The notes: a model not told the origin generated them from the letters alone. DNA of 64,000 nucleotides from Planktothrix sp. GU0601_MAG3 (GCA_035193785.1 CP136572.1:3604578-3668577), one strand, 5' to 3'. Shown: positions 12,279 to 24,807, numbered from the stretch's first letter. Made by a program: numbers and translations.

Positions 12279-12708
12279 ATGAATAAAACATTATTCCATC
12301 TTGCCTTTCCCGTGAACAATATCGCACAAACTAAAGCCTTTTATGGGGAGGGGTTAGGCTGCGAAATCGGTCGAGAAACCCGCAATTCCATAATTATGAA
12401 CCTTTACGGCCATCAAATTGTCGCCCATGTCGGTCAAGAACCCCTCACACCCCAAAATGGGATTTATCCCCGACACTTTGGGTTAATCTTTACCTGCGAG
12501 ACGGACTGGGAAACCCTCTTAGACCGCGCCCAAAAAAAACACCTAAAATTTTACCAAGAAACCCAAACGCCGTTTTCCGAGTTTACCCACAGAACACCGC
12601 ACTTTTTTCCTGGAAGATCCCTTTTATAATCTATTGGAATTCAAATATTACTGTCATCCCGAAGCCGTATTTGGCTGTAACGAATACGCCCAGGTGGGAG
12701 ACCTTTAA
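12279..12708 (+). CDS. VOC/glyoxalase-family protein (fs 12558)
   Basis: FHLAFPV, FYGEGLGC, PRHFG; repaired tail FFLEDPFYNLLEFK. Confidence 0.85.
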
Positions 12709-13340
12709 AGGGTAGCGGGTGACACCGAACGGGTCAAGGTTTTGAGGGGTGAACTTAAGGCTTTCTCAACTAACGCTAAACTCTTAGGATCATTCACCAT
12801 CCAAGCATGAAGAAAAACATTAACCGTGAATTCTTCACCAATAGGCATTTGAGAACTTTGGGCTGGGACAATCATCCCATCCAAAGGTGTCCAAATCGAG
12901 GTAAAATTGATCGAGTCTAGGACTTCTAAATCCCGATTTAAGTCTTCTAAAAACGGACTATGGGAACGCATTTGAGATGCAGCCAAGGTGGGGTAAAGAT
13001 ATCCCGTTAAGGTTCCGTGATGGGGGGAGGAAATCGTGATCAGACGTTGGACTCGCTCAATTCCTCCCAAGCGTTGGACATAATAACGACTGACAATTCC
13101 TCCCATACTAAACCCGATTAAATCAATCGGTTGTTCGGGGGGGAAGGTTCGAGTCACATACTCTGCAACTTGTTGGGCTAAGGCTTCTAACCCAAATCGG
13201 CCGTCATTGGGAAGCAAATTCAGACTGTGAACATCCCATCCCCGTTTAGTTAGATGGGCGGTCATGGTCTTAAAAATTGCTTTGGTATCAAACATACCGT
13301 GAATTAGTAAAACCGGATTGCGAACAGTGCTGTTATTCAT
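12705..13340 (-). CDS. Alpha/beta-hydrolase, lipase/esterase
   Basis: PVLLIHG, GFSMGG nucleophile elbow, ISSPHHGT. Confidence 0.88.
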   Translation of the reverse strand: MNNSTVRNPVLLIHGMFDTKAIFKTMTAHLTKRGWDVHSLNLLPNDGRFGLEALAQQVAEYVTRTFPPEQPIDLIGFSMGGIVSRYYVQRLGGIERVQRLITISSPHHGTLTGYLYPTLAASQMRSHSPFLEDLNRDLEVLDSINFTSIWTPLDGMIVPAQSSQMPIGEEFTVNVFLHAWMVNDPKSLALVEKALSSPLKTLTRSVSPATL

Positions 13341-13532
13341 AGGATTTAAAATTAAATTAATTTGGTTCTAACTTAGACTATCACGGGACATTATTGATTC
13401 ACCTTGAGGACAGTCATAGAATTGGTTGGCCGTTGACGACTAAACCAGATTCTGAGAAATCTGTAAATAAATGCAAATAGATGGGAGATTTTTTACCTCA
13501 ACCTTGGGAAATCGGCGGTTTTGTTTCAACAA

Positions 13533-13550
13533 AATGTAACAATATGTAAA
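13533..13550 (-). promoter_or_regulatory. HLR1-like (RpaB) direct repeat
   Basis: Minus strand TTTACATA-TT-GTTACATT fits (G/T)TTACA(T/A)(T/A)-N2-(G/T)TTACA(T/A)(T/A). Confidence 0.5.
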
Positions 13551-13638
13551 TTTTTGTAGACAAATCTTTCATTTTTCCCTAGTCTGAATTTAGGGCTAAG
13601 GCTTTAAAATTCCTAAAAATACTGACGGAGTAAGCATA

Positions 13639-13987
13639 ATGTTAAATAAAATTTTCGGTTCCAAGAAAAAAGATGACTATTATTTAGAGTTTGGCGATGC
13701 TCAAGATAAAAAAGCACCCCCAGCCGAGTCTACACCCGCACCTCAAGCTAAACCAGTAGCAGCTAAACCAGCAGCAGCTAAACCACAAACCACGACCGTT
13801 GCTCCTCCTCCTCCTCAACCAGCCCCAGTTAAGGAAACCCGCCCCCCTTAACCCCCAGGTAAAAACACCTGCTGGGATGAACTTTTCTACGGAATATTTG
13901 ATGCCCCAAACCTCCACCCCCCGTCGTCGGCCAGGGCCGAGTCTGGCGATGTTCAAAGATATGGCAAATCAGATGAATCGCCCCTAA
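13639..13987 (+). CDS. Pro/Ala-rich hypothetical protein (fs 13834)
   Basis: DDYYLE N-terminus and RRRPGPSLAMFKDMA C-terminus join after removing one base. Confidence 0.7.
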
Positions 13988-14047
13988 TTAGCAAGTTTTA
14001 CCCATTAACCTCTCTAGCTATCTGCATCAGACTGGGGAGGTTAATGG

Positions 14048-14110
14048 TTTTTTGGGCTTTTGGGCTTTTGGGCTTTTGGGTTTTTGGGTTTTTGGGTTTT
14101 TGGGTTTTTT
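14048..14110 (+). repeat. Octamer tandem repeat (TTTTGGGC / TTTTTGGG)
   Basis: About 7 copies in the hetR upstream region. Confidence 0.85.
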
Positions 14111-14409
14111 TGATTTTTGATGGGTTGACCCCAATTAATACCACCTCTAATATGGGGCGGAATAAGCTGTTGTCGGTAATATTTGAGATAGAATAGACTT
14201 GTGTGATCAACCAATTAATATTGGAACCCTGAGTGCCAAGGGTGCTAAATAATCTACTTAATTTTGATAGGCTAATCAACAATGTACCCATTGCCTACCG
14301 ACCCATCAGTGGTGCAGTCGTTGGTTTGTTGCCGTGATCAACTTGAGCATTTTGTAGGTGACTGGAATCCCTTCAGTCTCCTTTGTGCTCAGGGCTAAAG
14401 CCAAGCTAA

Positions 14410-15336
<927 letters not shown>

Positions 15337-15359
15337 AACTACCCAGAATTCTACGGGGA

Positions 15360-15472
15360 TATGGTGCTACGCATTAAAGTTAGGACACTTCTAAATCCAG
15401 CAAACTCATTCCCTGTTCCCTGTTCCCTGTTCCCTGTTCCCTGTTCCCTGTTCCCTAGTGCGTAGCGCTATA
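15360..15472 (+). mobile_element. MITE-like dispersed repeat with a (TTCCCTG)n core
   Basis: Imperfect terminal inverted repeats TATGGTGCTACGCA / TGCGTAGCGCTATA; related copies at 20070-20199 and 31860-32007. Confidence 0.6.
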
Positions 15473-15493
15473 GCATCTGATAGAACAGAAGCA

Positions 15494-15521
15494 GTAGGGG
15501 CGAATGACCATTTGCCCCTAC
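15494..15521. repeat. REP-like palindrome GTAGGGGC...GCCCCTAC
   Basis: GTAGGGGCGAATGACCATTTGCCCCTAC hairpin between convergent genes. Confidence 0.8.
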
Positions 15522-15542
15522 TTGATTAGGACTATTAGAAAA

Positions 15543-16304
15543 TTAATCTTGAATATTCATGGTGATTTTAGCGGATTGTAGTTGTTGATTTAACCACTGT
15601 TCAAACAATTCGTTTTGCAGCCGTTGTTTAACTTGAGGGTTGTCTAAGGAGGCTTCTAAAAACTCATCCACTCGGAAAATAGACCAGCCCCCCTCAACTT
15701 CCAGGGGGCCGACAATTTGCCCAACTGGGGTTTGTTGTAATATGACCTTGAGGGGATCGGGAATGGTTGACCAACCCACGGCCCCCATCATCCCATTAAA
15801 AGAACGTTCATTGGTAATAGAATACTCTCGGGCTAATTCTTCAAACCGGCTTTCCTGTTCTTTTAAACGAGATACTAATGTCTCTGCCAGTTCGTAGTCA
15901 TTCAAGGAAATTCGGGATAAAACCACCGCATCTAAAGCAGGTTTCCGTTGTTGAAAATACTCCTCAAGTTGGGGTTGTACAATCGAGAGTTTGAGTTTTT
16001 CCCGTTTGAACCCAGAAACAATTTGTTGGTGAAAGGCTTCGTAGGTCATGCGGTTACTTTCTAACCACTGTTGAAAGGCTTGGGGGTCACTGAGATTACG
16101 TTCTAATCTAAAATTCACCACGGACTGCTCAATACTAGCAGCAGGGACATCCAAATCCGTTCGGGATTGCAATTCCCGATCCAGAATATACTCCCGCAAA
16201 ATATCGGCCACCATGGGCTGGAGTTTTCCCGCCGTTTGCAGGTATTTGAGGGCTTGACCTAACAGAATGGGTTCGTCATTAACAGTTAAAAACGGATTAG
16301 TCAC
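15543..16304 (-). CDS. PpiC/parvulin-type peptidyl-prolyl isomerase
   Basis: FEELAREYS, NGMMG, GQIVGPLEV pattern; SurA-like N-terminal part. Confidence 0.8.
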   Translation of the reverse strand: MTNPFLTVNDEPILLGQALKYLQTAGKLQPMVADILREYILDRELQSRTDLDVPAASIEQSVVNFRLERNLSDPQAFQQWLESNRMTYEAFHQQIVSGFKREKLKLSIVQPQLEEYFQQRKPALDAVVLSRISLNDYELAETLVSRLKEQESRFEELAREYSITNERSFNGMMGAVGWSTIPDPLKVILQQTPVGQIVGPLEVEGGWSIFRVDEFLEASLDNPQVKQRLQNELFEQWLNQQLQSAKITMNIQD

Positions 16305-16613
16305 TGAAATTCACATCCTCAACATGATTGTATTCACAAATATTGTAAGGGTTTAGGCTCTCGGTGCTATCAGATTTACCCAGAGTCCCTGCTACTCCCC
16401 GTCCCAATATTTGGCCACGGCTTAGTCGAGAGTTGTTAAAGACACTGAAAGACACAATTATCAAGCAGATAGGCTATGCTAAGTACAATGAGGATTAAAC
16501 TCAATAGAATATCAATTAGCCCTTAACTACTTTTGGTGAATCCCAGTGGTGGCTAATTGTCCATTTTCCGTCCTATTCGGAACCCCACAGTCCTAATTCT
16601 TTGGGAGATAGCC

Positions 16614-16869
16614 ATGTCAGAAACGCGATGATTTTCTCTACCCTCGCAGTCGCTACCAGGGAGAGTTTACCCCGGAAAAACTCATTTTCAATTCCAACTT
16701 ACAGGAATTCGCCCAGCGAGTTAACTATATTTGTGGATTGGAGACTAATGGGAAAGTAAGTTCAGAGGAAGCCTATCAACAAATTAAACAACTTTGGAAA
16801 AAGTTACGTTCATCGAAAAAAAGTCTAGGAATTAGTAAACCTCCTGATCAAACTCCAGATAATGGTTAA
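16614..16869 (+). CDS. Small conserved cyanobacterial protein, missing from ORF track (fs 16620)
   Basis: GGAG RBS; repaired MSERDDFLYPRSRYQGEFTPEKLIFNSNLQEFAQRVNYICGLETNGKVSSEEAYQQIKQLWKKL. Confidence 0.8.
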
Positions 16870-16889
16870 CAAATATAAGCATATAACAG

Positions 16890-18041
16890 ATGGCATACGA
16901 ATCAGTTGATCAACTTCAAAAAGTTCTTGCAAACCAAGTATTTCATTACACTCAAGACGCGAAAAAAGCATCAGGCAGGGCACTTGGTACGCTAGTAGAA
17001 ATCATCACATTCTATCTCCTAAAGTCGTGGGGACTTGAAAATTCTGTCGCGATTGAAAGATCATTAGCTGAATACGGCAATACCGATATTACCCACAATG
17101 TTGAGTATTCTTTACATCCTATTTTGAGAAGGCATGGGTTATCTCTGCCAGCCAAATTGCCCCTTACTCCTACGCGCCTATTAGCAGCAATAGATGAGAA
17201 TGTGTTCCCAGTAAAAGGGTTTGAAAAATCAGGAAAAACGCTTTTGACAAGTGACTTAATTCTCAGAAATTCCTGTGTTGTAGCAAGAAGAGAAAAACCA
17301 TACTCATCACACTTGATGGCAAATCTGCTTTCCCAGTCGTCCGATGGCTTTCAAGTTACTCTCTTAGAGCAATATGCCAAACCATACACGATGTTTGAAT
17401 GTAAGCGTGTTGGGGTAGAAGAAGGCGCAAAGAAAGGCCCACAAACTATCGAAAAGGCAAAGCAGGGGGCTTATGTAGCAAAAATGGTTTCCTCGCTTCA
17501 TAAGGTGCGTATGCCGTCGGGAGAATTACGCGGTTTGATTTACAGATATGACGATGAAATTTACACCAAACCTTATGCTGAATTGGTAGCAGAAATTGTC
17601 GGATCAAATGATATCGAATTCCTACGCGATTTTATTCTAACTGTTGGCGTGGTTAGTAATCACGGTAATTGGTTTACTTCTGACAATCACAATAAAGAAC
17701 TGAAGGTTTTAGCTCAATCCTACGATTGGCTGATTTTCCTCACTGATGAAGGTTTGGCAGAGTTTATTACGGAACTTTTGCTTGATCCAAAGCCATTACT
17801 GGAGCCAGCAAGAAACGCTTTTCTGATAAGTTACACAGCGGAAAAGAAAAAGAACTTATTTACAAAAGTTCAAATGGATTATAAAGCTGATCAAGTTCTG
17901 CAATCATATTTTAAAGACAATTCGAGTAGGATCGAAAAATGGTTCAACATTATTGCCCCTAAAGGCAGTTCAATATCAAACCTACACTCCCAAATTTCGG
18001 AGTTACGCGACAAAAACTGGCAGAAAATATACTCACTATGA
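16890..18041 (+). CDS. Putative restriction endonuclease, PD-(D/E)xK-like
   Basis: GRALGTLVE and FECKRVG motifs; ATGA overlap with the downstream methyltransferase. Confidence 0.6.
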   Translation: MAYESVDQLQKVLANQVFHYTQDAKKASGRALGTLVEIITFYLLKSWGLENSVAIERSLAEYGNTDITHNVEYSLHPILRRHGLSLPAKLPLTPTRLLAAIDENVFPVKGFEKSGKTLLTSDLILRNSCVVARREKPYSSHLMANLLSQSSDGFQVTLLEQYAKPYTMFECKRVGVEEGAKKGPQTIEKAKQGAYVAKMVSSLHKVRMPSGELRGLIYRYDDEIYTKPYAELVAEIVGSNDIEFLRDFILTVGVVSNHGNWFTSDNHNKELKVLAQSYDWLIFLTDEGLAEFITELLLDPKPLLEPARNAFLISYTAEKKKNLFTKVQMDYKADQVLQSYFKDNSSRIEKWFNIIAPKGSSISNLHSQISELRDKNWQKIYSL

Positions 18042-18629
18042 CAGCAGGACGAAAAGTAATTAGTACCAAGAAAGATTGGGGAACCCCTCAAAAATATGTG
18101 GATGCCGTAAAAGAAGTTTTTGGCGGCGTTATTTACTTAGATCCATGCTCTAGTTCATTTTCCATAGTGAAGGCAAAGGTGGAGTATAAACTTCCTGACT
18201 CTGATGGACTTTTAGAGTCTTGGGATTTTCCAACAATATATGTTAATCCGCCTTACGGCAATGACAAGGAAACGCCGCACAAAAATAATAAATTGGATTC
18301 GTAAATGTGAAGAAGCGAATAGAGTTTATCAATCAGAAGTTATCGCTCTTGTCCCAGTTGCTACTAACACGCGCCATTGGAAAGAATATATTTATGGCAA
18401 AGCTACGGCTATCTGTTTTCTTTACGATACTCGGTTAAAGTTTCTGGTGGATGGAAAAGATGAAGGTACAGGTGCTCCTATGTCTTGTGCCATAATTTAT
18501 TGGGGGTGCGACTTTCAGTGTTTTTTTGAAGTGTTTATCAAGTTCGGTGCCGTTATTAATATCGAAAACTTACGCGGTGTGCAAATAGGGTTTATCAATG
18601 GCAATGGCAATGGCAAACGTAGAAAATAA
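18038..18629 (+). CDS. DNA N6-adenine methyltransferase, small phage-Dam-like (fs 18269)
   Basis: WGTP, LDPC, YVNPPYG, ALVP, RLKF motifs. Confidence 0.8.
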
Positions 18630-18734
18630 TGGCTGAACAAAACAGGAATCTGGGAAATAAGGCTAAAGTGCCTCATTGCTCTGATATTAACCGTAGAACA
18701 TCAAGAATTTGTGAAAAAATGTCAATTTTATGAT

Positions 18735-18822
18735 TATAGCAAAAGGCAATGGGCAATAGGTAAATAATTACTGTAGCTTTTGGCTTTCGGTGAATATCCC
18801 AATAGATGCTCTAACTGCTATA
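18735..18822. repeat. Short MITE-like element with TATAGCA / TGCTATA ends
   Basis: 7-bp terminal inverted repeat with internal GGCAAT(G/A)G heptamers. Confidence 0.45.
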
Positions 18823-18839
18823 AATAAAAATAACAAAAT

Positions 18840-19406
18840 TTATACCTCAAAAACCTGTTTAGATATCAACTTTAATTCAGGAAAAAGTAAAGACTTAATT
18901 TCCTGTTCACCTGTAAATTCTGTAACTTCATAAAAACCAGAAACTAATAATAAAACCGAGATTTTTGCGGTTTCTGGGTCAATAATCCAATATTCAGGAA
19001 TCTCTCTAACCGCATATTCAGAACGCTTATAACGGTAATCATCATCAGAATTACCCGGACTCACAATTTCTACTGCCAAAAGGGGAGGTGCTTCTAAAAC
19101 AGCGGCGGACATTTTTCGGAGTTCTTGACATTGACTTTCTGACAAAATGACTAAATCAGGAATCCTTGATTTCTTTTTAGCTGTTCTTACTCCTACTGTA
19201 CCCGGCATGACTTTCCACTGCTGCTGAATTCGATCAATTTCCGCTTTTAAAATATCATAGATTAAAACCAAAATCAAAGCATGAAAACCACTGGCAGTAG
19301 GCATGATTTTTAGTTCTCCATTAACTAATTCATATTTGTTATCCGTGCCATCGTCATAAGCTAAATATTCTTCAAAGGAATAGGTTTTAGTTAGTAATTG
19401 AACCAT
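18840..19406 (-). CDS. Uma2-family endonuclease (DUF820)
   Basis: YELVNGEL, SRIPDL, LAVEIVSP, KRSEY, IPEYWIIDP. Confidence 0.9.
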   Translation of the reverse strand: MVQLLTKTYSFEEYLAYDDGTDNKYELVNGELKIMPTASGFHALILVLIYDILKAEIDRIQQQWKVMPGTVGVRTAKKKSRIPDLVILSESQCQELRKMSAAVLEAPPLLAVEIVSPGNSDDDYRYKRSEYAVREIPEYWIIDPETAKISVLLLVSGFYEVTEFTGEQEIKSLLFPELKLISKQVFEV

Positions 19407-19464
19407 TTTTAATAGACTCCTAGGATTATTTCAAGGTGACTGTGACGGTTAATATTCAAAATAA

Positions 19465-20044
19465 TTAAAAAAGAGGTAGGTTTAAAATAAATTCTGGCAA
19501 GACATTTTCTCCTGATAAAGTTGTGGGTAATTTGACGATTTCAAGATCTTGATTAGAACGATATATTTCTACTTGTTGTTCTTGGGGATTAATTAACCAA
19601 CCTAAGCGCAAACCACTGTTAAGATATTCCTGCATTTTTGCTTGAAGTTGGGTTAAGGAGTCAGTGCGAGAACGTAATTCAATCACAAAATCAGGACATA
19701 TTGGGGGAAATTTTTCCTGTTCTTCAGGTGTTAGTAATTCCCAACGTTCCTTAGCTACCCAAGCAACATCGGGAGAGCGATCGCCACCATTTGGTAAGCG
19801 AAATATAGTAGAAGAAACTAAAAACTTTTCCTAGTTGAGTTTGACGATTCCAAAACCAAAGTTCACCGTTTAAATCTGATTCTCGATTACCACTGACTCC
19901 ACCAACGGGGGGCATAATTACTAATTCTCCTTGGACAGTTCGTTCAAGTTGCCAATTTTCATTATCTTGGCAAAGTTGATAAAATTGCTCGTTGGTTAAG
20001 GTGACATTTTTAAAACTTAAAATGATCGGTTCTGAAGTAATCAT
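19465..20044 (-). CDS. Uma2-family endonuclease (fs 19814)
   Basis: LERTVQGELVIMPP, repaired FSSSTIFRLPNGGDRSPDVAW, IELRS, LGWLINP. Confidence 0.88.
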
Positions 20045-20069
20045 TTTACCATCCTAATACTAGGGATAT

Positions 20070-20199
20070 TATAGTGCTAGGGAATGGGGAATTACGAATT
20101 ACGAATTACGAATTACGAATTACAGATGGGGAATGGGGAATGGGGAATGAGTTCTGGATTTAGAAGCGTCCTAACTGTAATGCAATGCGTAGTTGTATA
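20070..20199 (-). mobile_element. MITE-like repeat (15360 family) with AATTACG / GGGAATG core
   Basis: Reverse complement shares CTACGCATT..AGTTAGGAC.CTTCTAAATCCAG..ACTCATTCCC with 15360-15472. Confidence 0.6.
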
Positions 20200-20322
20200 G
20201 TAGTTTTTTATGGGGTATCAATTCAAGTTTTTGCAATAATTTTTAACAAATAATTGTTTTTTTAGCATCATAGAAGCACCCATGATTGAATATCAACAAA
20301 TAGCGATGCACCCGGCCTAATT

Positions 20323-22222
20323 TTAGGAATCTGCTAAAACGATAATCTGGTCTTTAGGGGTAAATTTTATCACTTCATCCTTTTTCGGATTGATCAAAAT
20401 CCCATAACCTTTAGCTAAATTTTTAGCATCCTTTAAACACCGAAAACCAATGGCTGATTCTCCCCGTTGTTTAGCCGCTTCAACAACGGTATAAAAATTA
20501 ATTGGTTCGTTAATATTGACATAATTACTGACCGATTTGAGGTAAATTTCTGACCCTTGAGGACTAAATAATTCGGCAAATACAGCATTTAAGTTTTTCT
20601 GTTCTGAAACTTGGGCTAACATCCGACTAATAATTTGTTCAGTAATCACAAAATCATCGGGACGCGCCACTTGAGCTAAGGCTTGATTGCGGGTATCTAA
20701 CATTTCAGTGACAATCTGTATATTAGGATTTTTGCGATCGGCAATATCTCGAAGATAGATCAAGGTAATTAAGGTTTGAGCGTCGGCTTCTTCGGGATCT
20801 AACTCCGAATTAGACAAGACAATAACATGGTGATATTTCTCCAAATTTAGGGACTCTAAAACATTTCTTTCCGTCGCTGATCCTTGGTAATAATCCAGGG
20901 TTTGTTGTTGTAAATTTAAGTTACTTAAAGCATGAATAATATCGGTTTCTGGGAAGGGCGAAACCAGTGTAACACTGGAGTTACTGGCAACATATTGATC
21001 CAGTTGAACTAGAATCCGAGGAGTGTGATCATTCCACCCTAAAATTAACGTATGTTCGGGGGTCGGGATGGCTGTTTCTTTCGTCAGTTGCATCGCACTC
21101 CGATTAATCGCAAATTCTGAAACACCGGATAAGCGAATCGTGCTATCATCCTCACTTAAAACCACTAATTTTTCTCCCGGTTGCAAGATCCTATCAAGGG
21201 TCGGATTGAGTTGAATTGTTGCATCGGTTGATTGTATTCCCATCACCGCAGAATCAACATAGGCTAGGAGAATATCTCCATAGGATTGATTGTACAAAGT
21301 AGGTTCTTCGTGAATATAGATTTCATTCCCGCTAAAATCCAATAATTCCATATAAACAATCGATAAACCCGATTGACGGCAAGTTTGAACAATGATGCGA
21401 GAAATTAAATCCTGAGTCAGTAATCCTTCAATTTCATCCTGTCCGATGATTTGAATAATATCGAGGGTATTAATATCTTGAACCTGGGCGACAATATGAT
21501 AGGGTTTAGATTCTAAACGGGGTAAATTTTTAATTGCTAAAAGAGTCTTAATTAAATGAGTATCGGACTGGTTTATAGATTCATTTAAAATAATAATTGA
21601 GCGGGCTGCCTGAATATTCACCATGCCTAAATCCGCTAAATTACTGGGATTTCCTGTACGACAAACGAGGCGAAATTGACGCAGTTTCCCCAACTCATTA
21701 TAGAGCCGATCTTCCATCTGAACTTTATCTTCAGGACTGAGAATAACAATGCAAGTATCTGAACGGTTAGCATTAGCTAAAATCAGTTGACTAATTAAAG
21801 TGATGATTTGTATTGACCAACCCAGGATCACAATATGATCGGTTTCAATCACCCGTGAACGTCCTTTTCGCAGGTCTTCTAATTTGGTATCAATGCCACT
21901 ACTGAGCAAACCAATCAGGGTACTAATAATAAATATTCCGCCAAAGGTAACCAATAACATCGCCAGACGAAATGACCATCCCTGGTCACCCCCCATGGTT
22001 TCCCGCATCCAGGGTACGCATTAAAACAGCCCACATTGCCTCAAAGGGATTCAGGGCACTATCCCCAGGGGGTGCAACCCTGGCGAGACTGACTAAAAAT
22101 CCCATAATCACAATAAATGTGAAGGACACCAGTGCTAAACCACTGACTAGGGCAATGGTGCCCTTTGACATGAAATTATCAAACTTGTAGCGGAACTGTT
22201 CTGCAAAGGTAATTTTACTCAT
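20323..22222 (-). CDS. CASTOR/POLLUX/DMI1-like ion channel (fs 21998)
   Basis: RYKFDNFMSKG, repaired filter RTLDAGTMGGD, HIVILGW, two RCK-like domains, GSEIYLK. Confidence 0.85.
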
Positions 22223-22266
22223 ATTAGCTGGTTAAGGGGTGCAAAAAACTTGAATTTGATACTATC

Positions 22267-24751
22267 CTAAACTGGATGAATCTGCCAAATATTCTCGGAA
22301 TAATTCTGGATGATTGGATCAGAGGAAAAACTACCTAAACGGGCGACATTTAAAATAGACATTCTCGTCCATATTTCCCAATTTCGGTAGGTTTGGCTGA
22401 TTTTATCTTGGCAATCCAGATAGGATTGATAGTCAGCAAAAACCATGTATTCATCGTGATATAATAGGGCATCAATTAAGGTTTTAAACAGATTCGGATC
22501 ACCTTGGGAAAAATAGCCCGATGCAATTTGATCAATACCTTCCCGCAGGCTTTCATTGCCATGATAATAACTCCAAGGGTTATAACCTTTGGCTTTTAAA
22601 ACTTCAATATCAGATAAACCTAATCCAAAATCAAAGAAATTTTCTGCTCCGACCGCATTGCGTAATTCCTCACTCGCCCCATCGACAATTCCTAATGTTA
22701 AGACCCCATTAAAAGCTGGTTTTAAAATTGCAATTCCCCCGGCTTTTTTCCCCGCCATGGCTAAATGTTCGGAAACATCGGCGGCGGGATAAATATGTTG
22801 ACTTAAAGTTTGATTTACATTCGGAATAAATACGACTTTTAAGCGATCGCCAATAATAGGATCAGAATTAATCACTTGACCCACCGCATTAATTAATTTA
22901 ATCATTAATTTCCCCATCACATAACCGGGGGCGGTTTTTCCTGCAAAAATAAAGGTTTGGGGAACATAATCTCCATCGGGATTTTTCCGAATCCGATTAT
23001 AGAGGGTAATGATTTTCAAAATATTCAAATGTTGACGTTTATATTCCTGAATTCTTTCAATTTGAATATCAAAAATAGAATCAGGATTTACCGTAATCCC
23101 ACAATTTTTTTGAATATAACTAGCTAAATTTCTTTTGTTTTCTTGCTTAATATTTCGCCAAGCTAAACGAAATTCTAACCGATCTAATTCCGATTCTAAA
23201 CCCTGCAAATCCGCAAAATTTTTAATCCAGCTATTACCAATTTTATGGGTAATTAATTCCGTCAAACGGGGATTGGCTAAAACCAACCAACGCCGAGGGG
23301 TGATACCACTGCTAATTGCTCTGAATTTTTCCGGTGTTAATTCATAAAAATCGGGAATAATTGATTGCTTTAATCGTTCGGTTTGCCAGAGAGAAATTCC
23401 ATTAATTGCATAACTTCCCAGACAAGCTAAATGGGTCATACGAACATATCTTTCTCCGGTTTCATCAATTAAAGAAAGTCGGGATAATTTCTGAAAATCC
23501 CCCGGATATTGACTGCGAACTCCAATCAACAATCGATTATTGATTTCATAGATAATTTCTAAGTGACGGGGTAATAAACTTCCCAATAATCCCACAGACC
23601 ATTTTTCCTGAGCTTCCGGTAATAAGCTGGGGTTAAGATAGGTAAAAGTTTGTCTAGTAATTGACCAGGATTTTTCCCATTCTAGGGCATATTCATCAAT
23701 GAATAATCGCATTAATTCCGCGATCGCGATCGCACTAGCCGTATCATGGAGTTGAATAGAATAGTGTTGATGAAATGTCTCTAAATTTTCTCCACTTGCC
23801 AGATGATTCCGAATCATATCCTGGAGAGAAACAGGAGACAAAAAAGAATTGTTGTTCTAAACGTAGTTGTTTTTGCTGAATTTTTTCATCATGGGGATAT
23901 AATACTTTAGTGAGTAATTCAACATAGGGTTTTCCCTGAACAATTCCATAATAATCTCCAATATTAAAATCCTGAGAATTAAAGGAAACAATGGGTTCTG
24001 CTTTCCATAATCTTAGGGTATTGACGGTATGACTTTGATAACCGGAAATCGGTGTATCATAGGGAACTCCTTTGATACAACGCTGGGGAATCCAACGCAC
24101 CCGATAGCGTTCTTGTTGGTCATAATAGGCCTCCGTATGACCCCCTAACTGCACATTTACCGTAGCCTCGGGACGGGCAATTTCCCAGGGATTTCCATAC
24201 CGTAACCATTTATCAATTTTTTCGACTTGCCAACCGTGATGAATTTCTTGATCAAAACTACCAAATTCATAACGAATTCCATAGGCAATAGCGGGTAGAT
24301 TTAAGGTAGACAAAGAATCTAATTCATCAATAGGTAATTGGGCAACATTTCCATAGCCTAAACTGGGTTCTATTTCTTGGTCAATTAAGTCTTGTAAGTT
24401 AAGATTAAAGGCTTTTAGAGATTCTTGGAATGGTTCCCATAAATGGCAATTTACTAAATGATTAGCTAGATGAGATCCTAAAGAATATTCCGTGGAAAAA
24501 TAGCAAATTTGTTTAACTTTATTTTGGGAATAGGTTTGAGTTGTTTTCACCCAGGAGGGCATTAAAAATTGTCGAACAGTATGGGCTAAGGCTTGATATA
24601 ATTCCTGGGGGGTTGCGGTTGTGGGTAATTGACCTTGAAGATAGAGCAGGTTAGCCACAAACTCTCGTTGTAAATCCTCTAAGGCGGGTGCTGTTTCAGA
24701 ATAATCAGCCGTGGGGGAGTTGAAAATAGAATCGGGAATTAATGGACTCAT
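22267..24751 (-). CDS. Glycogen phosphorylase homologue with degenerate active site (fs 23828)
   Basis: Full-length GT35 layout (YGIRYEFG, WLRYGNPWE, LRLWKA, GITPRRW, FAGKTAPGY, FSSD) but several catalytic motifs altered. Confidence 0.85.
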
Positions 24752-24807
24752 ATTAGTAAAATTATTACCCTTGAGGGTAGAGATTGTTTAACTTGAATAA
24801 ACATACA

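Noticed and set aside
13998..14291. 97-aa minus-strand ORF with a KPK repeat
   Set aside because: Runs through an octamer repeat in the hetR upstream region; no support for coding.
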